Position numbers and translations under genes: made by a program. From Hamiltosporidium tvaerminnensis FI-OER-3-3 (taxonomy: Eukaryota; Fungi; Microsporidia), in assembly GCA_022605425.2 (NCBI GenBank), contig CM061246.1, positions 1,612,001 through 1,676,000 on the forward strand: a DNA stretch of 64,000 nt. Direction: 5' to 3'. The notes under the pieces were generated by a model that was given only the letters and a program-made list of their open reading frames with translations, was not told where the DNA came from and made no database searches. Within the stretch, counting starts at the first letter, position 1, and the number at the start of each line of letters is the position of its first letter. Of this stretch, positions 22,455 to 35,600 are shown piece after piece.

Positions 22455-23230
22455 AATTCTTTCTTATTTTAAGCTATTGCTTGGTATGACAATAAATTGC
22501 TATCCTATTGTTTGTTTATAAATACATATAAATGTGCAGAGGTTTTAAAAAAAATGTATTTTCTTGAAAAAATTCGATTTAATTGAAAATATACGTGATT
22601 AGGAATGTAAATAATACCGGTACTTTTTAAATGAACAGCTAAACCATTTTTACAAAAAAATAAGTTTTGGTTTCGAATGAATGATTTAATGAATTTATAA
22701 GTATAAGATATTTCTACTATGAGAACTATATAACAAGATATTTTCCTAATAATCGAAATAGTTTTATAGAAATGAAAGCCTACGAAACCAAACATGAAAT
22801 AGAAAAAAAGATTAAATTTTGACGCGAGAATGAATTTTCGAATCTGATATAATGAGTAACAAAGGAAATGTAAAAAAATCAACTAAAATAACAGCATTTC
22901 AAGTTGAAAGAGATATTTCTAATAATATATACGGTACTCGTAATAAATATGGTGGTTCTAAAAAAATATTCAAAAATAAATGTATGATGTGAGTAGAACA
23001 AGATTTTTTTATATAAAATGTAATATAGGTGTGATAATGTTAGGATATTGATTATATTCCCAAAATTACTCAAATTTTAATTTTATGATAATTTTTAATA
23101 CTGAAAAAATCAATATAATTAGAATTCTAGAATGGTAAAAATAATTTGTTTTTTAAAAAAAAAGTCACAGAACAATCTAAGTTTTACTAATTTAGGTAAA
23201 TTAGGATATATATGAATAAAACGGCTTTTA

Positions 23231-23236
23231 TTACCC
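23231..23236 (+). promoter_or_regulatory. CCC motif immediately upstream of the HECT gene ATG
   Basis: ttacccATGG after an AT-rich tract. Also at 59420-59425. Confidence 0.55.
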
Positions 23237-26200
23237 ATGGAAATACTTAGAAAATCTTTATCGTTAAAAGAAAAAAATCAAAAAGTTAAATTTTTTGTGA
23301 ATAGTTTGCTTAAGAAAGATGATTTATCTGATCTATTCTCTGACACAGACGATCCTTTCTCGCTTTCTAAAATTGGTAAAACATGTTTACTGCAATGGAA
23401 TACAATATTGGAAAAATATGAGGGTATTTTGAAAGCAGAAAGTCATGAACATTTTCATAATCTGTTTCAGGTGAAAGGATTTGAGGCGAGTTTAAAGTCT
23501 AGGCTTATATTGCTGTTTAAGATTTTAATTTATATAATGAGAAATACTCATAATCACGAATTGTATATAATTGATTCAACGCATGCTAACTTTTTATATT
23601 CAAGTGATACAGATATATCTTTTTATTCTTTTCTTTTTCATAATGAATTTTACAACAATTTTACACATCCGCATAATACAATGACAATTCGTTACTTCAA
23701 TTCATTGGATCTTTCCTATTTTACCGAAAAAAAATATGAAATTTCTTCTGACTTCGAGAATGATATAATAGACATTAGTTTTACATATAAAGAGAAGTGT
23801 ATTACGGATTTTCAAAATGAAGGGCAAAAAAATATTCAAAACAACGTCTTTGATGCTCCATTGCCGGTTTTAAGTGAATTGTACTCTAAATATTCGAATG
23901 GTTTATTACTTTGTTCGCAAATATTTAGATATGAATTTTATAAAAATTCAGAATCTCAAAAGCTGCTCTCAATAGAAATATTGGCCAATTTACTTTATTT
24001 AAAAATCCATTCAAAAGTTCAACTCGAAATTATTTTATATTCCGTATATTTTTTTTGCACGAATTTGTTAGAAGATTGTTTCCTTGATAGTTTATCAATA
24101 TTATCCACAAATATTTTTTTAATCGCTAAATACCATATTGAAACCGAAGAAACCGTATTTCTAAGAAATGTGATAGAACATATTAGTTTAAAACTTGACT
24201 CATGTTCTATTATTTTAAAAAATGAAATTTATTCATGGCTTAAAACTCGGTTCTATATTTTGTTGAATTTTTTGAATAAAGATTTTATAAAGAAGCAAAA
24301 ACCTACTAATCTATTTCTAGAAATGGATTCAAAAAATATTTTTATGTATATTTGCTATATTTTATACGATCAATCGATATTTATAGATTTTATGAATGGT
24401 TTTATATCGAATAATACATCCCAAATATTAAATGATTTTTACTTCAAAATATTCCATGAAGATACAAATTATGAAATTAAGGATGTTTTTGGTGTCTATT
24501 GTAGAAATCATGAAGACTATAATGAATATAAACTTTTGTTTTATCAAATATTTGCCAAGATCATAATTTACTTTGTCGAAAATCCACATCTAAATGAACA
24601 TAATGGAATTATTTATCCATTTTGTGAGTATTTTTATAGGTTTACAGAAAATATTATTTTATATAATTCCACTTTTATTGATCACGTCTGTGAAATAATA
24701 TTAGCAATTTTTTCTCACAGTGGAAATAATAAAGTATTGTTTTATAAATTTCCGATTTTGAAAAACATATTAAAATACTATTTTTATCAATCGAAAAATG
24801 ATACCACAGTATTTTTCATACATAATATCATATATTTGATCAGATTAAATGCAAATTATTATTTATTTTATAATGATTCGCTTTTTCTAGAAAATTTTAT
24901 AGATGTGTGGTTTAAAAATGCTGAGTTGTCAGTTTACTTACTTCTTTTTCCGCTAGAAAAATACATGATGCTAACATATATACAAATATATCTCAATAAT
25001 CAAAAAATATATATATTTAATCTTGATTTGCTTTTATGTCATTTAAATGATATGAATACCCTAAGTAATGTAGATATGAACGTCTTCTTAAATTTCAAAA
25101 AATTAAGTGTACCATTTTCATTCACATCCAAATATTTCGATTTTCTTAAAAGTATAAATGAATATAATATAGTTGAAACTTGTTCTTGTTATGATTTTCA
25201 TTACAAACATGTGCTTGAATTAAGTGAAATGATCTTAAATAGTGTTTATTTAAAAATAAAATATGAAACAGAAATAGATATTTATTCTGCGATTCAAATA
25301 GAAGATTATCATTATTATTGTACTGATGTTAGTTTTTTATTGAAAATAAACTATCTTATAGTGAAGAAGCTTGCAAGTAATTTTTCAGAAAAATTTCTAG
25401 TATTTGAATCAATTCATCGTTTTATTTCGAACATAGAGATTGGAATACTTCTTGACTTGGTAAGTCTCGACAAAACAAATCCTAACTATTACAAAAAAAT
25501 TTCTAAATCATTTGTATTTCTTAAACATTTGGAAGAAAACATTGAACATGTATATTCTATCGAACAGCATATCTCTAGATACGAATGTATTAAACGAATC
25601 ATTGGTATAGTTACTTTAATTTACAAGAGGATGTTTTTATCGATCAAGTTACCCATTATTTCTATAAGCTCTGATGAAATAAACATTATGGATCTCGATA
25701 GTAAATTAAATGTACTTAATAATTCAGATATGGATATAATTTCGTTTATTTTCGAACAAAATTATGTTTTAATTTTGAAACTTTTATTAAGATTCCAAAA
25801 ATTTCCAAGAATAATACCACCGGAGGATTGTAACGAATCCATTGGATTTATATATTTTATACATAAAATATCATCTGATATGGTTACTTTAGATCCGAAT
25901 TTGATTTCTATATATTTTAGATATATAAATCAGAACATTGGAATACTTTATAAATACGAATATAAAGAATTAATTAATTTATTACAGATACTTATAAATC
26001 ATTCGGTAAAATATTGTTCCACATATCAAATTGATCTGCAGAGCGTTAAAAACAAAGTTTTAAAAATTTTAAGAAGTCTTGTGAATAGAATAAATATATT
26101 TAACGAAACAAAAATTTATGAATTTATCGATTTAACATTTGATTTTTTAGAAGAAAATATTTCACTTTTAAGCTTAGAAGATTTTCTATTGTTTTTAAAC

Positions 26201-29200
26201 GAACTAAGTTTTTCGTCAGAAAAAATTGAAAAAATTATTTCAGAGTTAAAATTATTCTCAAAAATTTTAGTTTTAATTGCAAAATTCGATAACCATTATG
26301 TAAAAGATTTAAATAATACTGTAAATATTATAGAAAACCCTTTTTTACATCCTTTTTTGAACGATTCATTTTTAAATCTTAATTTTACTGATTTTTTTAA
26401 AGAAGCTCAAAAAGATCAAGATTCAATTTTTTTCTTTATTTTTAAACACATTAATTTAATTGAGGATCCGAAAGTATATTTCGATAAAAATGCCAGTAAA
26501 ATTGATAAATATTTAAAAATATTAAGGTATAATATTGTGACAAATATAAATAACAATAAATCAATGGAATATAAAAAATCGAGTTTATTCCTACCAAATT
26601 TGAACGTTGATTATAAAGAAGAATCAGATGTATTTATATACCTCATTTCCTTGGTAAGATTATCTAATTATTCCAACATTATATCTAAGTCAGAAATTTA
26701 TACATATTTCGACATTTCGAAGGTTTTGGAATTTTTAAAAATCAGATGTAAGAAAAATCCAGAAAATAAAGATTTAATTTTAGATTGTGCATATACATAT
26801 CTCATATACTTATTTGAAGACGAATTATATTTAGTAAGTTCTTTTATTTATGTTATTCATTTTTATGACCATTTACCGAGTAATATTACCGAGTACTTTA
26901 ATCAAAAGTTTATTTATACACCTAAAATACAAAAAAAAGATAGTATCTATTCAAATCCTATAAAAGATGATGATATTAAGTTAAAGGCCACAATTTTACA
27001 TGATATCATTAATATTTTAAAACAAGAAGTATATTTTTACAAAATATTTGCGCTGCAATTTTTATCAGAACTTATTGCAACATTCCCTTCGCTGTTAAAT
27101 ATTATAAAAAATGATATACATAAGGATTTTATCAATAGATTAGAATTTACATATTTATTAGGTATCGAGTTTGGTAGATCTAATTGTCGTGATTGGGATT
27201 TATGTTTTAGGTTTGGATACTTTATTACCGTTTCATTATACAGAGGTAGTCTAAATTATGCCAAAGAAATGATCGAAAAAATATGTTCGGTATTAAATGA
27301 AAGTAATCAACACCGTTCTATAAATATCATTTCATTAATTTACAAAATATTGGCTTCAGAGATTTGTTGCTGTAAGTATATTCAATATCTGAACATAATT
27401 AATCCTAAATTTTATGATAAAAATTGTAAAACAAACTGCGAAAAAAGAAAAAACTAAATTTTTAAAATATTTTTATCAAACAATATTTTAAACATATTAT
27501 TATTAAAAGGCAAAGAGATATATAATGAAGAGATTTTTAGATCTAATTACATAAATGTTCTTACAGATCTTTGGGACGCCTTCTTTGAATATATTAAAAA
27601 TGGTAAAATTAAGATTGATAAAAAATATTTGATATGTTGCTTATTTCAGTTTTATGTGCCCAATTCTTCTGATATTTTATTTCCAAAGTGTCTCATCAAA
27701 TACAAAAACCTAAAAATTGGTTCCATAAAAATTTCATCTAAATCTGAATTTCAAACATTTGAAAAGCTCAATCTAAAAAGATTATCTAAAATAAAAACCG
27801 TGGATTTCGGTTATGTTTTAAAATGCGATCACGAAATATGGAATTCCAGGGATTATGAATGTATAAAGTTTTTCGATCCAAAACTAAAGTCATCAAATAA
27901 TTTTTATGCAGTGAATATTAATGGAATAGAAACCATAGCGATAGACTTTAAATCCAAATCTTTTCAAAATAACCAAATCATTGATCGTTTAAAAAGAAAA
28001 TTAAAATTGTACGATTTACCAGAAGAAGTATACAAAGTTATAAATTCAAAATTGTTTTTAAAAGAAGCTACATTGGATATAAACATTGGCTGTGATCACC
28101 ATAATGATATTTTCAATCTCGATAATATAATGTCTGATATATATGCAAATGTATTATTGAATACCAATCTTGTAGATAAAAAAGAATATGTTGAGCCTCA
28201 ATTGTCTATTGTAGAAGGTAATTTTGATGAAAATGTTGTTTTGAAAGGTTTAATTTTCTTATGTATATTTTCTAAACCAGAAGATTTTATAGAAATGATA
28301 GAAATTATTAAAAAAATATTAGATACTTATTCGAATCTGGAATGTTTAGAAAGATACATTGAAAGTATAGCGCATGAAATTGAAGATACAAAATTAAATG
28401 AGGGAAATGAGATATATTTTGGAAAACTCGAAGGTTTTAAAAAAATCGCAACATTTTTCATGAGTAATAAGTATTTTATAAAAGAAGATTTATTATTTGA
28501 ATGATTGTTCCTTGAATTATTTTTTTTCGATGAAAATGAAAGATATTTTTCAGGTATTTTTTTTAAATTTTCTGAAATTACTCATGAGTTCTTAAATTGG
28601 TTGAAGTATATTAAGAAATCAAAAGGGCAAAACATCGTTTTTGAAATTCTAAATACACAGAACAAGATATCAAAATGTGTTTTAGGGGATATTTTGAATA
28701 TTTTTTCGGTATATCTTGAAAAAATGAAATTCTATTTGATCAGTAAATATTTTTATTCAAATCTAAATTCTAGTGATCTAGAAATAAAACATTTTTACAA
28801 AGAAGCAGATAATTTTTTTAGTCTTCTAGATCAAATAAATTTTATAGAAAAATATGACAAATCTGAAATCATTTTCAAATTTTTTGATACGATTCGGAAA
28901 AACCCACTGAATTCATATTTTATTAATTCTCTTGATATTGAAAATGAGATATTCATTTATTTATTTGATATTTATATAAAAATAATTGAAAAATGTTGTC
29001 AAATATATTTCACAATAAGGCAAAGGGTTTTTAATTTTAAAAAGCTTAAAAAATATAAAAAATATTTTATATCAGAAGATTTTATCTGTTTTTTATTTGA
29101 AATTGATCATTTTGAATCAAAATTTCGGAATTTAAACGAGAAAAACAAGGCAAAGATCGATAATCTGATTTCTTTTTTTTATAGGATAAAAATTATTTTT

Positions 29201-30361
29201 TCAAATTTCGATAAAATATTTTTTAATTTCAGATGCTTATCGTTAAAAACCAAGTTACTGCTTATCCCCAAACCTGATCGAGATCAAAACCTGTTATTTG
29301 ATTCATACGTTTTTCTTCAAATAGATCGAAATAATATTATTGAATCCACGATTGACGCTTTTAAAAACTTTTCACCCGAAATATTTAGTCAAAAAAACTG
29401 GTTCGTAAAATATTCAAACGAAGAAGGTAGTGGCATAGGTCTTTTGTATGAATTCTTTAATATTTTTGGAAAATGTATCGATGAAAGTGTTTATTTTGCA
29501 CCATTCAAATCACTTGAATTTATAAGTATTTGCGTTTCATCACCAGAAGAACAAAATAAAATCGAACAACTTTACTACTTTACCGGTGTAATTATGGCAA
29601 AAAGTATATTTATGAACTCAGTTATGAGCTTTGAATTTATAAATTCGTTTTATTTGCATTTATTACAAGAAAAATTCAATATTGAGGATTTGAAAGATAT
29701 TGATTTTGAATATTACAAAAATCTTATTTCTTTGAGATATATTGAAAACATAGATCCATATTTAACCTTTGATATTTCTGTAAAAATTGGACAAAAAATC
29801 ATTTCAGAAAACCTCATCGAAAATGGTTCAGAAATAAAAGTTACCAAAGATAATTTGGAAGATTATATTCAAAAAATGGCAGAATTCAAAATGTTCAAAG
29901 GTATGAAAGTATATTTAGATAAGTTAAAAGAAGGATTTCAATCATTGTTTAATCATTGCTTTTATAATATGTTCACACACTCTGACTTAAAAATAGTAAT
30001 AGAAGGTGAAAAAAGAATAAATATAAATGAATGGAAGGCAGCAACACGTTATAGAGGAAAATATTATACCGATCATCAACTTATTGTTTGGTTCTGGATT
30101 TTTTTAGGAAAATCAGATGAAATTACAAAACGTAAATTGTTGTTTTTTACTACCGGCTTGTCATATTTACCTATAGGTGGATTTAAATCTTCTAAATTTA
30201 TTGATCATCCTTTTACAATAACCTCCGATGATAGAAAGGATTTATTTCCAAAGTCACAAACATGTTCGAATTTATTAATTTTACCTTTATACGATCAAGA
30301 AGATGTGTTATTAGATAAAATTGAACATGCAATCGAAGTTATAAATTATGGTTTTTTGTAA
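23237..30361 (+). pseudogene. TOM1: Tom1/HUWE1-like HECT E3 ubiquitin ligase (~2374 codons) with two in-frame stops, copy 1
   Basis: ORFs 23237, 27629 and 28505 are all in one frame, split only by TAA 27455-27457 and TGA 28502-28504. C-terminal HECT domain (QIDRNNII, EEGSGIGLLYEFF, FPKSQTCSNLLILPLY, GF end). N-terminal LLQWNTILEKYEGIL resembles the HUWE1/Tom1 N-terminus. Confidence 0.8.
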
Positions 30362-32328
30362 TACAGAAGTAATAAGTGCTAGTTCCTTATCCTAGGTTTG
30401 AAATTTAAAACATAATCTTTAAATGAAATCAGTCAGTATAATTCCAAGTTATTGAACCAGTTATTTTTTTTTCAAACCATGTCACTGTTTCTCTAAAAAA
30501 AATTTAATAAAATAATTTATTTGTTAAGACTTGTTTTATGATCTTTAATTATTGTTTAGGTTTTTATTTCATTCATCAGATTGTTCTTTTTTTGTGAAAG
30601 TCTCTTCGTTTTATCTTCAATATTTTACTTAAATTAAAGATACCAAATTGAATGCATCCCGTGTCACCGGTGATTACAGTTCATTAAATGTGCCACGAAT
30701 TATTTCGAAATTAACTGTTACGTGTAAATTATATTTAAACAAAATATTTAATACATAGTGAAAAATTCATTTTGATCAAACGAAAATACGGGTAAAATTT
30801 GTGTGGTATTCAACAATTTAAATCTATTCTAAACAAATATTTAAAATCTTTGATGTATGTTTGCAGAATACATTCTTATTCATTGATATAGAAAAATATA
30901 ATATTTCATGCCTCAATCCAAAATCTTTCCATGTGGTCGTATATCTTATTTTCTAACTCTTTTCAGGATTTTATATAAATTCTAAGTCCCCACAAAATTA
31001 AGGAAATTTAGAATTAAGCTGAATTATTAAATAAAATATTGCTATTATTCCAAGTATCAAGTATAGATAGGGTTATAAATTTAATTTTTTCTTTCAACGT
31101 AAACCATAATGAAATCTTTTATTAAATATTCGTGGGATCTCCCAACGGCGACGACTCGCCTCGAAATGTTCAATTGATTATAAAAACGTAAGTCTCCAAC
31201 AACAGTGTTCTGATTAAGAATATGACTTTTATAATTTGTTAATAAATCTTACACAGCCAAGATTAGTATCCAGATGTAGAACAAAAAAAATTTTAAAAAG
31301 GTTGATTGTTTTAAAAAACTATTAGCACTAACTATTTTAAAAATAATTTCTAGATTGTAGTACATTGTAAGAAAAGCATTAATTAATGTTTTTTTAAGTT
31401 TTTATTTTTAAGTAGGATCTAATCCAATATATCTGTTAGAATTTCCTTTTAAGCTTTGCTACTGCTACATAAATAACTATAGAATAATATAATATTTTTT
31501 TGTCTTTCGTCTGTACAATTTATTTATATTCCTAATAATTACATAAAACAATTATTATTTGAATGGTCTCATGAAATTTTATACCTGATTAAATTAAAAG
31601 ATTAACAATAAAGATCACTAGGAAGTTGAAGAATATTGAAACAACAAATACAGCGCATCGTTAAGAAATACTTGATAAGAAAAAATTCCAAAAAGAAAGA
31701 AGACATAATAATAAAAATGAGATAGTATACGGAGCAGAACAGAAACTATCAAGATGATGCTCGTAAAAAAATTAAATCAAATAGATCAGAATACGAGAAA
31801 TATGCAGACAAAAGGATCCCGTATTTTTATCAGGAAATTCCTCAACAGGACGGCTAATAATTCGGATATAAAACACTAAAAATATATAAAACCACACACG
31901 TAGCAATGGTATAAAATCCCAATTGAAAAGATTAAAAATTTATTGCTCTGAAAATAAAGTCTAAGATTATAAATCAAAGTAATCTTATTTTTCTCTGTTG
32001 AATGTAAGCTTTAGTTTTGTTCAACGAACCTTAAATATTCATTACAAATACAAATAATATCTGACACTTAAAAAATGTCTCTTTTTTTTAGTTTCAACAA
32101 TTTGAAGAGAATCCTGAAAAGATTAACTGTATATAATTCCAATCGAAAATGTCTAATTTTCGACCTTTAAAAATATTATTCCGAATTTTGACATCAGTTT
32201 TTATTTATGATCAAGTATAAATTAAAAAAATATTTTAAAAATAGATCATAGTGCTTCAAAACATAAATATTCTAAAGTTGCTTTTGATTTTTGCAAATAA
32301 ATCTATCCTTAGAGATATTAACAAGAAA

Positions 32329-32369
32329 TATTTTATTTCTTCTTAAATATTTTATTTCTTCTTAAATAT
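32329..32369. repeat. 19-bp local tandem duplication specific to copy 2
   Basis: attttatttcttcttaaat appears twice here and once at ~20-38, which accounts for the offset change from 32309 to 32328. Confidence 0.75.
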
Positions 32370-32628
32370 TTTTCTTAACAATTTAACCTTTTAAAAATAC
32401 AACCATTATTTTCGCTCTTTTCATCTTCTACAACATAAAGTTAATTTTTTATTTTCTGACCTTTCCATGAAAAACATTACAGGGGTAACAAAATTAAGAA
32501 AATTATAATATGTTGATTTATAACACACAATTTTAAGACAATGCTTAAAATATGAGTTAAAAAATAAAATTAATTTCATATTAAACTTTAAATTAATAAA
32601 ACACAATTAAATAATTCCTAATTATCTT

Positions 32629-35600
32629 TCAAACCCAAGGTTGCCAACCAGGAAATAATTTAACTAAATTTTCTACAGAAGTAGCTTTTTCTAATAAAAA
32701 ACACACATGTGAGTCTTCAGAAAAACAAAAACCAGATTCTATGCCACTTAATTTTTCCTTCATTCTAAAAATTATTTTTTCGGCATCCGTAAAAAGCTTA
32801 ATATCACTCTTTTTACCAATATTTCCTATTTTCTTGTCACATAGTATCCATCTATGCAAAGGATCGCTTCTAAAAATTGTCATTAAAGAAAGAATTATTG
32901 ATTTTTCTTTTTTTAGTTGTTTAAGAGTCTGCGTCATTATTTCTTGTAAATAAATATTCCGGGTGTTTATTTCTCTCAAATTATAAAGTTTATTTTCATT
33001 TTCTAAAGAATCATTATCGTTTGAGTTATAGTTTAATGTTTTACTTCCTGTTTCTTGTAATTTACTTCTTTTTATTTTTTCTACTTCATTTTCTAAAGAA
33101 TCATTATCGTTTGATTTATGGTTTAATGTTTTACTTTCTGTTTCTTGTAATTTACTTCTTTTTATTTTTTCTACTTCATTTTCTTTTGAAATACTTGAAT
33201 TTGAAAAATAATTTTCATTTTTAAAAGAATCAGTTTTAAAAGTATTTAAACTTATTTTGCACATTAGAGCATCTATAAGATTTCTTGTCATTCTGAATGG
33301 AACAGTTTCAGGTGTTTTAAGAAGTCTAGCTTGATCAAACAGTAAGTTTAAATCTATATTGATTATTTCACCTGTATAAGTATCTATTAATAAATTATGA
33401 CAGTGTCTATCACCAAGTCCTAGAATATAAGTACTTATGCTGCTGATACCTAAAGATTGAACATATTTTCGTTTCATTCTGAAATAAATAAATGGATTGT
33501 TGAAGTTTAAAAAGAAATTATTAAAAACTGGAATAAAATTTTCGCATATTTCTTTAAAGGTAGATATTTTGCTGTCGAGAGAATGTGAAACAACAGAATT
33601 AAAAATATTTCTACATTTTTTTAAATCATATTTTTCTGGATACTTTTTTTTATGTAAATTATCTATTAATTCACCCAAAGTAATTGTATTACTCAAATAC
33701 TGAACAATTCCAAAAAACTTTTCAAATCTTACAACTTTATAAGTTCTAATTTTTAGTATATTTTTATTTTCAAAAACCTTATTCATTTGAGAAAACATTT
33801 GAAGCGCAATTATATCTTGTCTTAACTCGTCTTTTCCTTTTATAATTTCTTTATATATTTTACCATCTGATCCTCTGTTTTCAATTAAAATTGGATTATT
33901 TATTCCAGGAAGTTTTTTTACCGAAAGTATAAATTCTTCAAAAAATACCAAATTTTTGTATTCTGAATTTTTCGATATTTTAAAATTTATGGAAGGAATA
34001 GGAATTTCTTTGAATGAAATATCTTCATTGAAATTTTTTTCATTTCTATAAATACATTTGTATGATTCAATCATTCTTTCAATATTTTTTACATTTTTAA
34101 TATTATTTTTGAACAAATTAAAGTGTTCAGAAGAGGATGTAAAACGTTCATAAGTTCCTTTTTCTTTAGACTTTAGTGTATCCATGCTTTTAATATCCAT
34201 TTTATTCTTTATTGAACAATAAACTTCAAACACTACATGAATAAAATGATCATTACAAAGTCTATAAATTGTTTTTTTTAAATATTCAGAATCAGAATTA
34301 AAATACTTGGAAATTAATTGGTATTTAGCAGGTAAAAATTTATACGAAGGAATATTTTCAAGAATTTTAGAATTTTTTCCATTAAAATCAAAAATAATCG
34401 ATAATAATTTAAATATAAAGGAATCTTTATCTGAAATAAGAGAAAGTTCTGAATATATTCTAAGAAGTAAATGATATGATTTTAAAAATAATTCATTTCG
34501 ATTTTCTTTTATTTCTTTTTGAAATGCTATCTCTGCTGTATAGTCTGATAAAGGATTCATTTTAGATTTTTCTATTTTAGTATTTTTTTCTTCTAAATTT
34601 GTATTTAAAGACAATGAATTTAAAAATCCTTCATAAATTTCATACAAAATATTTCCAATTTTTTCTAAAACAAGAATTTTAAATTCAAAAAACGAATCTT
34701 TTGCAAAATAAATCGGGTTGAAATTTATATCGTCTTTATTTTCTGGAATAGTAAAAATATTTGTATTTTTTTCATTTGGTACAAATAATTTACCTGTTTT
34801 GGATTTATTCATATTGGATTTGAAAGGTACAACCATTTCGTTTTCTATTATATTTAAATTTTTTAAGCAAGGAATTAAATATTGGGTAATAATTTCAATT
34901 GGCTTGCCTTCATAAGTTTTTATTTTCATGTCTGCTAAATTAGTATTTGCGATATAAAAAATGTGGTGATTAAAATCTGTATTTTTAATAACTTCATTTA
35001 GATATTTCTTGGATTCGTCAAACATATTTAAATTATAAAATAGAAACGATTTCAGAAAATTGAAAGTTTCATCTCTTGTTATCAATAATTTAATTAAATC
35101 TTCTTTTTCAATTTTACAAAAAGTTTTTTCAATTTCGTTAAAATAATCAGTAAACGAATCAGAGAGTGTTGAAATAATATTTTTAAATTTCGAATTAAAA
35201 TGTTCGGGAGATAGATAATTCATATTTTCATTTTTTATGGAAATATTTGAAGAAAAAATATTTTCATTTTGGACTTTAAATTTGTCTATGAAAATACAAT
35301 TTTTATATAAATTATTATTCTGTTCTTTTATCAATTTAGAATCGCTAAATAAATTATTATTGTTTGAATCTTCAGTAAAACTATTTTGATGAATTTTAAA
35401 ATTGCAAATATTTCTATTTTTAGTGAGTATTTTTATTTTATTTTCAATACTTTTTAAAGAATCCAAAATATTTTTTAAATAGTTACTTTGAATATCGGAA
35501 TTTTCACTGTTTATAAATTTAAGTACATTTATCTTATCATATAAATTCGATCTTGAATAGAAATCACTTTCCATAAATTTTTTGGATCTTTTAAAAGTAT

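Larger units (their letters stand above)
1..32309. repeat. Tandem segmental duplication, unit copy 1 (~32.3 kb; left edge lies outside the window)
   Basis: tagagatattaacaagaa at 1 recurs at 32310. All genes recur in the same order and orientation (offsets 32328 at ATM, 36140 at the 460-aa ORF, 36189 at the HECT gene). Confidence 0.95.

Noticed and set aside
22505-23073. 125-aa and 64-aa ORFs upstream of the HECT gene
   Set aside because: Frames are not conserved in copy 2 (indels near 58890-58930), and no motifs are evident.
28502-28504. TGA recoding or alternative genetic code (in-frame TGA in the HECT gene and at 17121)
   Set aside because: ATM ends with TGA exactly at the FATC terminus, TGG is used for Trp, and the other interruptions are TAA codons that differ between copies. 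Ordinary nonsense mutation is the simpler explanation.
30400-32300. Intergenic region between the converging HECT and ATM 3' ends, with a purine-rich stretch at 31620-31860
   Set aside because: No ORF of 60 aa or more, and no repeat or motif that I can support. No duplication junction can be identified.
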